Assembly: GCA_046045965.1 (NCBI GenBank)
Contig: JBJOKS010000017.1
Coordinates: 58,134-122,133, forward strand
Length of the DNA stretch: 64,000 nucleotides
Origin: Cyanobacteriota bacterium
GTDB lineage: Bacteria > Cyanobacteriota > Cyanobacteriia > Cyanobacteriales > Nostocaceae
Direction of reading: 5' to 3'
Shown: piece after piece, positions 53,144 through 62,890 of the stretch
Position numbering within the stretch: position 1 is the first letter of the stretch
Layout: each line of letters starts with the position of its first letter
Notes under the pieces: model-generated
The model's database searches: none
Told to the model about the DNA's origin: nothing
What the model saw: the letters and a program-made list of their open reading frames with translations, nothing else
Translations under genes and position numbers: made by a program

Positions 53144-53846
53144 AGTTAGGGTTCCTCTGGTAAATATTATGTTTGTAATCTTAAGTAACAGTCTTGTTAG
53201 TATTATTAACTAAACTTTACTACTCTGTGCTTGACAATAGACGATCAATAAAAATAAAAGTGCCTTTTTACCCTGATAGGGTGATAATGGGGGTAAAAAT
53301 CAGGCAGGTCGTAGAAAAACCAAGATTTATCAGTGGAGTTTGGGTTTGTTTGTGTTTCAGATTATATACAAATATTGAGAAACATAACATTTTATTTATA
53401 AAAATTGAAATATAGTTTTAGCGATCGCTCGTTAATTTGCGATAAATTGGTTAGACTAAAACTTTCACTATTTTGTATTCTGAATCATTACGAAATTATG
53501 AATAATTCATCTAAAAAATCTCAAATTTGCCCATTTGAATTAATACTTCTAGATAGGAGAAAGCAGAACCAAAATTGAACAATCCCGAAAAGAATCTGAA
53601 GACATAGATATAACATCAGAAAATCAATATAAGATGTACAGCCAGTAACCTAGTTTGCAAACATTTAAAATTATCACATCTGCAAGCCGCAAAGATTCTC
53701 TTGGCAGGGAAAAAGAAGAATGATAAAGACAAAGTTCAAAGTTTAATCTACTATCAGAACTCATGGATCATGTTACCTGTATCGTGACTACAAGTGACGT
53801 ACATCCATAGTTAGCAGATATTAGGTATTTATATCTAGGAGATTTC

Positions 53847-55001
53847 ATGAAAATAGCAGTTGCTAAAGAAATAGAAGTTTGTGAACGTCGGGTGTCATTA
53901 ATTCCTGACATTGTAGCCAAATTAGTTAAACAAGGATTAGAAATTTATGTAGAAACTGGTGCGGGAGAAAAAGCATTTTTTACTGACGCTGACTATGAAG
54001 CAGTGGGAGCTAAAATTATCAGTGATACTGCTACATTATGGGGTGAAGCGGATATATTACTCAAAGTCAGTCCACCCCAAGAAAGAGAAGATGGACGTTC
54101 TGAAATAGACTTACTCAAACCTGGATCTGTTTTAATCAGCTTTCTCAACCCGTTGGGAAATCCGCAAATAGCGCAAAAATTAGCACAACGGCAAATTACA
54201 GCTTTAAGTATGGAATTGATCCCCCGTACTACCAGAGCGCAAAGCATGGATGCCTTATCTTCCCAAGCATCTCTAGCAGGGTATAAAACTGTACTTTTAG
54301 CGGCGGCAGCTTTACCAAAATATTTCCCGATGTTAACCACTGCTGCGGGTACTATTGCCCCTGCTAAAGTATTTATCATGGGTGCGGGTGTTGCGGGTTT
54401 ACAGGCGATCGCCACTGCAAGAAGACTAGGAGCAGTAGTAGAAGCATTTGATATACGTCCAGCCGTCAAAGAAGAAGTACAAAGCTTAGGAGCGAAATTC
54501 GTCGAAGTCAAACTAGAAGAAGAAACAGTAGCAGCAGGTGGTTACGCAAAAGAAATATCAGAAGACAGTAAAAAACGTACCCAAGAATTAGTTGCTACCC
54601 ACGTTAAAAACTCCGATGTAGTCATTACCACCGCCCAAGTACCAGGCAGAAAAGCACCCATCCTAGTTACAGAAGAGATGGTAAAAGCGATGAAACCCGG
54701 TTCTGTAATAGTAGACTTAGCCGCAGAACAGGGAGGAAACTGTGCTTGTACCGCACCAGGTAAGGATATCGTTTATCACGGTGTAACAATTATTGGACCA
54801 ATTAATTTACCCTCATCCATGCCTGTACACGCCAGTCAACTTTATTCTAAAAATATTACCGCATTGATGCAGTTGTTGATTAAAGATAAAGCATTACAGG
54901 TTAATTTTGCCGATGATATTGTTGATGCGGCTTGTGTTACTTATGGTGGTGAAATTAGGAATCAACGGGTAAAAGACGCTTTGCAAGCTGTTGTGGTGTA
55001 G
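53847..55001 (+). CDS. pntA: NAD(P) transhydrogenase alpha subunit, part 1
   Basis: RAQSMDALSS, GAGVAGL and DLAAEQGGNC motifs. Confidence 0.95.
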   Translation: MKIAVAKEIEVCERRVSLIPDIVAKLVKQGLEIYVETGAGEKAFFTDADYEAVGAKIISDTATLWGEADILLKVSPPQEREDGRSEIDLLKPGSVLISFLNPLGNPQIAQKLAQRQITALSMELIPRTTRAQSMDALSSQASLAGYKTVLLAAAALPKYFPMLTTAAGTIAPAKVFIMGAGVAGLQAIATARRLGAVVEAFDIRPAVKEEVQSLGAKFVEVKLEEETVAAGGYAKEISEDSKKRTQELVATHVKNSDVVITTAQVPGRKAPILVTEEMVKAMKPGSVIVDLAAEQGGNCACTAPGKDIVYHGVTIIGPINLPSSMPVHASQLYSKNITALMQLLIKDKALQVNFADDIVDAACVTYGGEIRNQRVKDALQAVVV

Positions 55002-55143
55002 TTTTGAGGTTTTTAAACGAACCACAAAGGCACGAAGAACACGAAGAGAAGAAAGTGTAAGAGAGTTTTTCCGTTTGCTCTCTAAACTCTCTCTGCGCCT
55101 CTGCGTCTCTGCGTGAGCTAACAATTTAACATCTTAAATCAAA

Positions 55144-55437
55144 ATGAATGAAACTTTACTAGCGGCTTTATTTGTGCTTGTTTTGGCTTCTTTTATCGGC
55201 TTTGAAGTCATTAACAAAGTTCCCCCGACTCTTCACACTCCTTTGATGTCGGGTTCTAATGCTATCTCTGGCATTTCGGTAATAGGTGCAATACTCGCTG
55301 CGGGGGAGAGAAACACCAATTTATCAGTAATTTTGGGTTTAATTGCGGTGATATTGGCAATGGTTAACGTTGTCGGTGGTTTTTTGGTTACAGACAGAAT
55401 GCTGCAAATGTTTAAAAAGAAGGATGTTAAAGCATGA
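55144..55437 (+). CDS. NAD(P) transhydrogenase alpha subunit, part 2
   Basis: LHTPLMSGSNAISG and VTDRMLQMF motifs. Confidence 0.93.
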   Translation: MNETLLAALFVLVLASFIGFEVINKVPPTLHTPLMSGSNAISGISVIGAILAAGERNTNLSVILGLIAVILAMVNVVGGFLVTDRMLQMFKKKDVKA

Positions 55438-56837
55438 ATACTTTTATACCAACTGGGATTCAGCTAACTTATTTATTAGCTGCATCATTATTTATCTTTG
55501 GTTTAAAAAAGCTGGGTTCTCCTGCAACTGCACGCAATGGTAATGTGATCGCTGCGGTGGGTATGTTGTTAGCTGTGGTTGCTACTTTGTTAGATCAGCA
55601 CGTATTAAATTACGAGATGATTTTAATAGGCTTAGTAATTGGTTCAGTTATTGGGGCTGTGGCAGCTTACAAAGTGCAAATGACAGAAATGCCCCAAATG
55701 GTAGGTTTACTCAATGGTTTGGGTGGTGCATCTTCCGCACTTATCGCTGTGGCTGAGTTTTGGCGGTTGTTGGGAAGTTCTCAACCTATCCCCCTCGCTG
55801 TCAACATCTCTATGTTATTGGATGTGTTGATCGGTGGTGTGACGTTAACCGGTAGTTTTCTGGCTTTTGCTAAGTTGCAAGGTTTGGTTAGTGGTACTCC
55901 TATTACCTTTCCTTTGCAGCAACCTGTTAACATCTTGCTTTTGGGTTCTTATTTAGCCGGAAGTGCTTATTTAATCATCTCACCGGATAGTTTACCGATA
56001 TTTTTAGCAGTGGTAGCGGTTTCCTTGGTGTTGGGGGTGATGTTTGTATTACCCATTGGTGGCGGTGATATGCCGGTGGTGATTTCGCTCTTAAACTCTT
56101 TATCAGGAGTTGCTGCTGCTGCTGCGGGTTTTGTGGTGATGAACAATATGTTAATCATCGCCGGTGCTTTGGTGGGTGCTTCGGGTATCATCCTTACAGA
56201 AATTATGTGTAAGGCCATGAACCGGTCGTTATTCAGTGTGTTATTTAGTGCTTTTGGTTCTGTAACTACTGCAAGTGGTGGAAGTGCTGCGGGTACAAGT
56301 AATCAAACTGTTCGCAGTATTGACGCTGAGGAAGGGGCGATGATGTTGGGTTATGCTCGTTCTGTGGTGATTGTACCAGGTTATGGGATGGCAGTTGCTC
56401 AAGCACAGCATAGCGTCCGGGAGTTGGCGGATCAGTTAGAGCGTATGGGTGTGGATGTGAAATATGCGATACATCCGGTTGCGGGGAGAATGCCGGGACA
56501 CATGAATGTATTATTGGCGGAAGCTAATGTACCTTATACACAGTTATATGATATGGAGGATATTAACCCTCAGTTTGAACAAGCTGATGTAGCGTTAGTG
56601 ATTGGTGCTAATGATGTGGTTAATCCTGCGGCGCGTAGTGATGCGAATAGTCCGATTTATGGAATGCCGATTTTAGAGGTTGATCGGGCGAAGCAAACTA
56701 TTGTGATTAAGCGCGGTATGAGTGCGGGTTTTGCTGGTGTGGATAATGAGTTGTTTTATAAGGATAAGACGACTATGTTGTTTGGTAGTGCTAAGGATAT
56801 GGTGGCTAAGTTGGTTAGTGAGGTGAAGCAACTTTAG
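55434..56837 (+). CDS. pntB: NAD(P) transhydrogenase beta subunit
   Basis: GGGDMPVVIS and HPVAGRMPGHMNVLLAEA motifs. Confidence 0.95.
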   Translation: MNTFIPTGIQLTYLLAASLFIFGLKKLGSPATARNGNVIAAVGMLLAVVATLLDQHVLNYEMILIGLVIGSVIGAVAAYKVQMTEMPQMVGLLNGLGGASSALIAVAEFWRLLGSSQPIPLAVNISMLLDVLIGGVTLTGSFLAFAKLQGLVSGTPITFPLQQPVNILLLGSYLAGSAYLIISPDSLPIFLAVVAVSLVLGVMFVLPIGGGDMPVVISLLNSLSGVAAAAAGFVVMNNMLIIAGALVGASGIILTEIMCKAMNRSLFSVLFSAFGSVTTASGGSAAGTSNQTVRSIDAEEGAMMLGYARSVVIVPGYGMAVAQAQHSVRELADQLERMGVDVKYAIHPVAGRMPGHMNVLLAEANVPYTQLYDMEDINPQFEQADVALVIGANDVVNPAARSDANSPIYGMPILEVDRAKQTIVIKRGMSAGFAGVDNELFYKDKTTMLFGSAKDMVAKLVSEVKQL

Positions 56838-56986
56838 GTTAATTTTAGGGGTGTAGTTTTTGACTATGCCCTTTTTTGTCACGCAGAGGCACAGAGACGC
56901 GGAGAGTTTTGTTTCGCGCAATCTCCGTCAGGAGATCCCGAAGGGTAGACGCTAAGGAGCAAAGGCGCAAAGAAGAAGAAGTAAGA

Positions 56987-57904
56987 TTAAATTCTTTGAA
57001 ACCATTTATTTAAAGCATGATAAAGAAAAGTATCTAAACTCTGATTTTTAGAATTTTGTTTTGCAAATTCAATATCAGTTGCAGTTATTTTACCTAGTCC
57101 TTTAGCGGCTGGTCTAACTATAGCTGCATTGTTCCAATCTGTCCAAATTCTGAATCTGTAAATGTTGTCTTGTGTACCCCATAAAAAATTACGAGGTAGC
57201 CACAAAAACAACACAAGTTCTTTTTTACTATTTAACCTTAATTCAGCACAATATTTAGTTTTGCCTTTACCGTAATAAATTCCACCATCCTGCACTATTT
57301 CTTCCATGCGATAATCAAATTTTAAAATTGTCTCTCGAAACTTGAGTAATTTATCTCTTTCTTGATGTGTACATTTTTCAATTAATTGATAAAATCGTTT
57401 ATGAGGAATAGGAATATTTCTATTTACATGATTTTCTGGCGAATAATCGAAATTTAATTTCCAGTTAAGAGTAGTATCTATATTAATTATGTTTAGACTA
57501 AATTTTTGCTCTTGACAAATAATTTTAAACTGCAAAAAATTAAATTTTAGCTGATGATATTTTCGATCAGTATAGTTATCTCTATGAAAATTTGGAGTAA
57601 CAGCAATTAAAACTACAGGAACTTGAAAATTAATATGTTCAGGAAAAGGTTTTTCATCTAAAAGAGCATCATAATAACGAGTAAGTTGTTGTACAATATA
57701 TCTATCTTCAGAGTTTTTTAATTCTATAATTACAAGTTCCTTATTTTTACCAAAAGCTAAAATATCACAATATTGTCCACTGACTTGATACTGTCGTTTT
57801 AAAGGTTTATATCCAAACAGCTTTTCTAAGTTGTTCCAAACCAAATCTTCTAAATCTTTTTCGCTTTCAAATTCCCATCCGCTTGCTACTTGTCTTAATT
57901 TCAT
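56987..57904 (-). CDS. NucS/DUF91-like PD-(D/E)XK endonuclease domain protein
   Basis: FESEKDLE...CDILA...IIELK...QLTRY. Confidence 0.75.
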   Translation of the reverse strand: MKLRQVASGWEFESEKDLEDLVWNNLEKLFGYKPLKRQYQVSGQYCDILAFGKNKELVIIELKNSEDRYIVQQLTRYYDALLDEKPFPEHINFQVPVVLIAVTPNFHRDNYTDRKYHQLKFNFLQFKIICQEQKFSLNIINIDTTLNWKLNFDYSPENHVNRNIPIPHKRFYQLIEKCTHQERDKLLKFRETILKFDYRMEEIVQDGGIYYGKGKTKYCAELRLNSKKELVLFLWLPRNFLWGTQDNIYRFRIWTDWNNAAIVRPAAKGLGKITATDIEFAKQNSKNQSLDTFLYHALNKWFQRI

Positions 57905-57989
57905 TTGTATCTATCTGTTAAACTATGAGTGTGAGTATATTTACATATTTTACCTTAACCTGTTTCATTTAATACGATACAGTAATTTA

Positions 57990-58148
57990 TGCGATCACTC
58001 TTTCTTCTCTTCTTCCTTCGTGTTCTTCGTGTCTTCGTGGTTCGTTAAAAAAGGATGCTGGGGAAAAGGAGCGATCCTTCCTCCGCGTTCTCTGCGTCTC
58101 TGCGTGAGATAAAAAAGAATGTTTGGGGAGTTGAAGGGGTGCGATCGC
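57990..58148. repeat. Inter-cassette repeat 1 (HIP1-bounded)
   Basis: ...GTTTGGGGAGTTGAAGGGGT-GCGATCGC. Confidence 0.8.
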
Positions 58149-58153
58149 AGCTT

Positions 58154-58603
58154 TTAAATTTCTCCCCATTCCCTAGCATCAATAAAAATAGAAAGATGCT
58201 TTTTATTACTCGTGGCAATAATTACCTCATGACCATAATTAGCAACTAAAATAGATTGAGCAGCTAAAATAACATCACCATCTAAAGCCTTATTATCTGC
58301 TGTAGATTTACCTTTGTTTCTCACTTCAGCCCATAATTCTGCTGCTTTTAACATCACTTCTGTGGTAATAGGAAGATAAATAATTTCTGCTTTCAGTTGA
58401 TTAAGTTTTCTAATTCCTGATAACTTATTTGCTCTTAATAATTCCCGTCTAATTTCATCATCTATAATTTCTGGTAAAATTACCTCATAACCTCTTTCAA
58501 AAAGACTATAAAACCATTCTTGACATTGCACAGCTAGAGGATTTCCTTTAGGATTAGTAATTAATCCAACTGGTGCAGAATCTAAAACAATAACCTTACT
58601 CAT
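58154..58603 (-). CDS. PIN-domain toxin (VapC-like)
   Basis: VIVLDS, EIRREL, LDGDVILAAQ and ATSNKKH motifs. Confidence 0.85.
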   Translation of the reverse strand: MSKVIVLDSAPVGLITNPKGNPLAVQCQEWFYSLFERGYEVILPEIIDDEIRRELLRANKLSGIRKLNQLKAEIIYLPITTEVMLKAAELWAEVRNKGKSTADNKALDGDVILAAQSILVANYGHEVIIATSNKKHLSIFIDAREWGEI

Positions 58604-58609
58604 TTTATT

Positions 58610-58939
58610 TTAAATTGAAATACCATTCATAGATTCAATAATTTCTAAAGTTTCTTGTTGTTCTTGTTGATCATCTGATTCATTCCATGACTCAAACAAT
58701 CTTTTAATATTAGTTTTTCTGTGTTCTTTTTTAATTGCATCACTTTCATTAATTTCATTAATGGCATTTTCCCAGTTTTTCAAAGATGTCTGTTTCATCG
58801 TTACACTTTGACGAAATAAACGGACAATTTGTAGTAATTCGGGTATATATTCTTCTGGAGTATGTTCAATTTCTAGTAATAAATCATTGCGGGGTTTTGC
58901 GGATGATTTAGCTGTAATGGATTGGTGATTGTTAATCAT
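58610..58939 (-). CDS. Putative antitoxin
   Basis: Directly upstream of the PIN gene; LLLEIEHTPEEYIPELL N-terminus and an acidic tail. Confidence 0.65.
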   Translation of the reverse strand: MINNHQSITAKSSAKPRNDLLLEIEHTPEEYIPELLQIVRLFRQSVTMKQTSLKNWENAINEINESDAIKKEHRKTNIKRLFESWNESDDQQEQQETLEIIESMNGISI

Positions 58940-59060
58940 AAAATTCTAGATTTGATTATTTTTGTATATTACCAGTATATCGGATCAGAATAAGTAATGT
59001 CTGAAATTTATAAAATGTGATAACTACGGTGATCTAAATGATTCCTGTGAAGTGCTTTTC

Positions 59061-59240
59061 TATCGCTGTTTGGGAAGTTGAGGGGGTGCGTTAGCGTTAG
59101 CTTACCGAAGGTATCGCTGTTTGGGGGAGTTGAGGGAGTGCGTTAGCGTTCGCGTAGCGTCTCGAAGAGATAGCTTACCGAAGGTATCGCTTTTGGGAAG
59201 TTGAAGGGATGTGATAGCGAAGCACTCCGTAGGAATCGCT
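59061..59240. repeat. Inter-cassette repeat 2: three units with interrupted HIP1 sites
   Basis: Three copies of ATCGC-TGTTTGGGAAGTTGAGGG..-GCG[21-22 nt]ATCGC. Confidence 0.85.
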
Positions 59241-59246
59241 TTTATC

Positions 59247-59609
59247 TTAAAATGGAATCCATTCCAACTTATCAATCCATTCTTCCGCTTCAGTAGCTTC
59301 CCAAACAAACACAAGTTCCTGTGCTATTTTTGCTATTGGTGTTCGGGGACGCAACCAAAATAAACCCCAAATATGACCACCTTCTCCCCAATGTACTTCT
59401 AAATGTCCTGGCATACTAGCACGATTATCTGTTACTAAAACTCTTTGAGATAATTGTAAATAACGCAAAATATCAGGATCTAAAGTACCTGTTGGTGGTG
59501 CATTATCTTCACCTACACGCAAAATATCTATTTCAGAATTTAATCTTAAAATAGCTAATTTCAGACGGGGTGGTAAATTTTCATCAAGTAAAAAACGCAC
59601 CTTCACCAA
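59247..59609 (-). CDS. DUF5615 PIN-like toxin
   Basis: RFLLDENL, LDPDIL and VLVTDN motifs. Confidence 0.85.
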   Translation of the reverse strand: MVKVRFLLDENLPPRLKLAILRLNSEIDILRVGEDNAPPTGTLDPDILRYLQLSQRVLVTDNRASMPGHLEVHWGEGGHIWGLFWLRPRTPIAKIAQELVFVWEATEAEEWIDKLEWIPF

Positions 59610-59935
59610 ACACTTACCTGCTGTTGAAATTTTGCACTTTTCAAATTTCTCAATCTTTGTAACAAAGGTGAAGGATGAGTAATTGATTCTTGATAACGTT
59701 GTTCTCGATATTTTTCTAAATTCGCCAAATAAGAATCTACTTGAGGACGATTATGTAAATAATAAGTAATAGTCGCGTAAATTTGCTCTAAACTCACATC
59801 AGGAAAATTAGCACCGATTTCTTCTGGTGTATATCCTTCTAAATAATAATCAAGTACATTATCAATACCAATACGGTGTCCTTTCAGTCGAATATCTTCT
59901 TCTGAGATAAAGTCAAAATAACCTTCTAATTGCAT
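59603..59935 (-). CDS. DUF433 antitoxin
   Basis: IRLKGHRIGID, GYTPEEI and LEQIYATITYY motifs; overlaps the DUF5615 gene. Confidence 0.88.
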   Translation of the reverse strand: MQLEGYFDFISEEDIRLKGHRIGIDNVLDYYLEGYTPEEIGANFPDVSLEQIYATITYYLHNRPQVDSYLANLEKYREQRYQESITHPSPLLQRLRNLKSAKFQQQVSVW

Positions 59936-59985
59936 TACTCTAACCCTACTTTTGTTGCCATATTAATTTATTATAACTCATTATA

Positions 59986-60066
59986 TGCTGTTTGGGGAAG
60001 TTGGAAGGAGTGCGTTAGCGTTCGCGCAGCGTCTCGTAGAGATAGCTTACCGAAGGTATCGCTGTT
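59986..60066. repeat. Inter-cassette repeat 3
   Basis: GCTGTTTGGGGAAGTTGGAAGGAGT-GCG[nested insert]ATCGC. Confidence 0.85.
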
Positions 60067-60068
60067 TA

Positions 60069-60470
60069 CTAAATCTCCCAATCTTCTAATTTTAAATTAT
60101 CAATTCTACTAAATTCTCTAGTATTGTGAGTAATTAAAGTTAAATTATTAGCTATAGCAATAGCAGCAATATGTAAATCATTATTTCCTATAGGAGTACC
60201 TTTAGCAGCCAATTTACTACGAATTTCACCATAAATTAAAGCACATTTATCATCAAAATGCAAAGAAACAAATCGGCCTAAAAATTCCTGCTGCTTTTGC
60301 AGAGTTTTTGCAGGATTATTAGTTCTCATTGCACCATAAAATAATTCCGCTTTCACAATAGAACAAACTACTATATCTATATCAGACAAATCTTGAAGAC
60401 GCTGAATAATTTTTTCTGATCTTTGATTAAGATATTGAATACAAACATTAGTATCTAACAAATATTTCAT
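60069..60470 (-). CDS. vapC: VapC PIN toxin
   Basis: YLLDTNVCI, AELFYG, NDLHIAAIA and THNTREF motifs. Confidence 0.92.
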   Translation of the reverse strand: MKYLLDTNVCIQYLNQRSEKIIQRLQDLSDIDIVVCSIVKAELFYGAMRTNNPAKTLQKQQEFLGRFVSLHFDDKCALIYGEIRSKLAAKGTPIGNNDLHIAAIAIANNLTLITHNTREFSRIDNLKLEDWEI

Positions 60471-60482
60471 CAGTTTGTATTC

Positions 60483-60782
60483 CTAACTATTAATTATTTC
60501 TTCTAAACTATCATCTAAGCTATCATCAATACCTAAATCATCCAGAATAATTGGATCATCAGCACAACTTCCTGATGTTTGATTAATAAATTCTTGCCAG
60601 TCTAATTTATGTTTTTCTGTAGTTATCAAAGTTGTTGGTTTATTGATCAAATTTTTACGAAATAACCGGACAATTTCCAATATTTCTGGTATATATTCTT
60701 CTGGAGTTTGGGCAATTTCTAATAATAAATCATTCCAGGGTGTAGTTGAGGATGTTTCTGTGATGAGTTGGTGATTGTTCAT
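60483..60782 (-). CDS. Putative antitoxin (N-terminus paralogous to 58610-58939)
   Basis: Upstream of vapC; LLLEIAQTPEEYIPEIL N-terminus and an acidic tail. Confidence 0.7.
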   Translation of the reverse strand: MNNHQLITETSSTTPWNDLLLEIAQTPEEYIPEILEIVRLFRKNLINKPTTLITTEKHKLDWQEFINQTSGSCADDPIILDDLGIDDSLDDSLEEIINS

Positions 60783-60906
60783 AGTTTTATTATTACTAAA
60801 TTTCAGTAGATTGATTATATTTTCTAGAATATCATAAATTGATATAAATATCGCTCTTCTCTGTATTCTCTCATCTTACCAATCAATCATACCACTTTTT
60901 TGACAT

Positions 60907-61002
60907 TGCGTGAGGTAAAAAGAGATTTTAGGAGGTTGAAGGGGTGCGTTAGCGAAGCTTACCGAAGGTATCGCTTTTGGGGAAGTTGAAGGAAGTGCGA
61001 TC
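60907..61002. repeat. Inter-cassette repeat 4
   Basis: GCG[TTAGCGAAGCTTACCGAAGGT]ATCGC-TTTTGGGGAAGTTGAAGGAAGT-GCGATC. Confidence 0.85.
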
Positions 61003-61353
61003 TCACTTTGAAAGAGAAAGACTTAAAACCACAGCTAATGCTTGAGAAATCATCTGCATTTCCGATTCAGAAAGCTGACCTAATTTCCTGATTAATCTTG
61101 TTTCCGAAACCGAACGAATTTGAAAAGTATCAACACCAGAAACTTTTGCCAAACTATTCTCAACTGATGGTTCTAATTTTACCATCCAAGGTCTAATAGA
61201 ATATCGTTCTTTCCAATCTGTAACCGGAACAATAACCTTCAAAGGTAAAATACCAATTGCATCATCATTAACTATAATACACGGACGTTTTTTACTAATT
61301 TCCGTTCCTATAGTTGGATCTAAATTAACTAACCAGACTTCACCTCTATACAT
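61003..61353 (-). CDS. MazF/PemK-family toxin
   Basis: RGEVWLVNLDPTIGTEISKKRPCIIV and QIRSVS motifs. Confidence 0.92.
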   Translation of the reverse strand: MYRGEVWLVNLDPTIGTEISKKRPCIIVNDDAIGILPLKVIVPVTDWKERYSIRPWMVKLEPSVENSLAKVSGVDTFQIRSVSETRLIRKLGQLSESEMQMISQALAVVLSLSLSK

Positions 61354-61370
61354 AACTTTAACAACTTCTT

Positions 61371-61613
61371 TTAATCTTCATCTGGATATTCATAAAAATC
61401 TTCTCCATCTAAATCAGAGAAAACAATTAATTCGCCATCACTTGCATAATCTTTAATAGCTGTAATTGCTGCTAATGCTAATTGACGTTTTTGCTGATCT
61501 TTCGTCAAAAATTCTCGTTGTTGATTAACCAATTGTAAAGCAAATTCAGCAATTTGTAACCTTTCATTGATGCTGAGGTGTGGTAAAGATTGAAGAATTG
61601 CTTGCGTTTCCAT
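61371..61613 (-). CDS. Putative antitoxin for the MazF toxin
   Basis: Upstream of the toxin; LSINERLQIAE and an acidic DLDGEDFYE tail. Confidence 0.7.
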   Translation of the reverse strand: METQAILQSLPHLSINERLQIAEFALQLVNQQREFLTKDQQKRQLALAAITAIKDYASDGELIVFSDLDGEDFYEYPDED

Positions 61614-61740
61614 ATTAATTCATCCTCTTAATCATATCAATCTTCTTCCCAAATAATTGCTTTTATTTTCATAGTCAATTTCTGGGAATAAATATAAATA
61701 TCATATCAGAAATTATAAAAAATTTCTCAGTAAATCCAAC

Positions 61741-61930
61741 TTAGCGTTAGCGAAGCTTACCGTATCCCTCACGGGACCGAAGGCATAGGTATCGCTGTTT
61801 GGGAAGTTGAGAGAGTGCGCTCCTCTGCGTTCTCTGCTTCTCTGCGTGAGATAAAAAAGGATATTGGGGAAAAAGTGCGATCGCGTATCCCTGACGGGAC
61901 TCGTAGAGATAGCTTACCAAAGGTATCACT
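61741..61930. repeat. Inter-cassette repeat 5
   Basis: Same unit family with nested inserts and a CTCTGCG 9-mer block. Confidence 0.8.
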
Positions 61931-61948
61931 TAACAACAGAAACTATGA

Positions 61949-62403
61949 TTAAACTGGAAAAAAATCAGCATCTAAAATTTCATCAGAGGAAAAAGGATTA
62001 TCTTGAGGAAAAATAGATAAAGGAAGTCCAGTTTCAATCGCTGCTTCTTGACGAGCGTGGTGATAACAATTATCCAAAACTTCTAAATAATAGCCTTTTA
62101 AACTAGGACTATCTAAAAACGCATCTTGTAATCTTTGACGATGTTCATAAATTGTATACAACCAACTATTTGACCTGTTTTGAGATTGAAACTTATATTT
62201 AAGAAAGTGCATAATTAAAACTCGTAGATTACTTTTTAAAGCATTTTTTCGCTTCTTCCCATACTTTCAATTTCTTCAATTAAATTTTCTAATTCTAATT
62301 CTGAAAACTGCTTATTCTTTAATAAAGAAACGGTTTTTTCAATCCATAAATTATAATCTTCTGCATAAAGATTATTAGTTAATATCATAGATTGATGTGT
62401 CAT
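61949..62403 (-). pseudogene. DUF29-family gene, frameshifted
   Basis: MTHQSMILTNNLYAEDYNLWIEKT...EEIESMGRSEK, then a 1-nt loss in the A-run (T6 at 62244-62249), continuing NALKSNLRVLIMHFLKY. A sequencing error is possible. Confidence 0.8.
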
Positions 62404-62454
62404 AGTTTTCTCCTTGATAAAATACCAATTCCATCACCATTAACTATATAAAAT

Positions 62455-62622
62455 TTAATCCAATTCTTGTTGACTAGCAACTTCTAACCAACCTTGAACA
62501 GCATCTTTCAACATTTCTAATAAATCTTCGTAACTTTCACCCCAGGTATGGCATCATGGTAAAGCTGGTACAGAACCACACCATACACCATCTTCTTCCC
62601 AAATAATTGCTTTTATTTTCAT
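62455..62622 (-). pseudogene. HicB-like antitoxin with in-frame stop
   Basis: MKIKAIIWEEDGVWCGSVPALP*CHTWGESYEDLLEMLKDAVQGWL; TGA at 62554-62556 replaces the Gly of the PGC motif. Confidence 0.82.
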
Positions 62623-62640
62623 AGTCAATTTCTTGGAATA

Positions 62641-62753
62641 TAGCATTTACCAAGCTAGTGAGGTACACAGTTTTTTAGTCTTAGGGAACAGGGAACTCTT
62701 AACAGGGAACAGTAAATAAGTTAGGGTGTACCTCATGAGACTGGGAAACGCTA
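62641..62753. mobile_element. 113-bp MITE with ~28-bp imperfect TIRs and TA duplication
   Basis: TAGCATTTACCAAGCTAGTGAGGTACAC versus the reverse complement TAGCGTTTCCCAGTCTCATGAGGTACAC. An empty-site paralog lies at about 61685-61700. Confidence 0.8.
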
Positions 62754-62775
62754 TAAATATAAATATCATAATAAA

Positions 62776-62890
62776 TAAGTACCCACGCAAAATTAATTGT
62801 ACATATTGATTGAAAACAAAAATGTCTGTATTCCTTCCCTATTCCCTATTCCCTCTCCTAACTATAAAATTTATTTTGCACTACTACTTA
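62776..62890. mobile_element. 115-bp MITE-like element with TAAGTA...TACTTA ends
   Basis: TIRs TAAGTACCCACGCAAAATTAATT / AATTTATTTTGCACTACTACTTA; absent from the paralogous 61690-61720 segment. Confidence 0.65.

Noticed and set aside
53194..53415. 73-aa ORF in the long DUF2808-pntA intergenic region
   Set aside because: TTG start, no clear RBS or motif. No convincing ncRNA structure was seen in this region either.
53778..53793. TGTATCGTGACTACA upstream of pntA as an NtcA site
   Set aside because: Spacing is GTA-N7-TAC, not the canonical N8.
53847..55437. Split pntA as a possible broken gene
   Set aside because: A two-part alpha subunit is a normal transhydrogenase arrangement, and both ORFs are intact.
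59061..59240. Repeat-spacer pattern resembling a CRISPR array
   Set aside because: The 'spacers' are similar to each other, the units are irregular HIP1-plus-insert composites and no cas genes are present.
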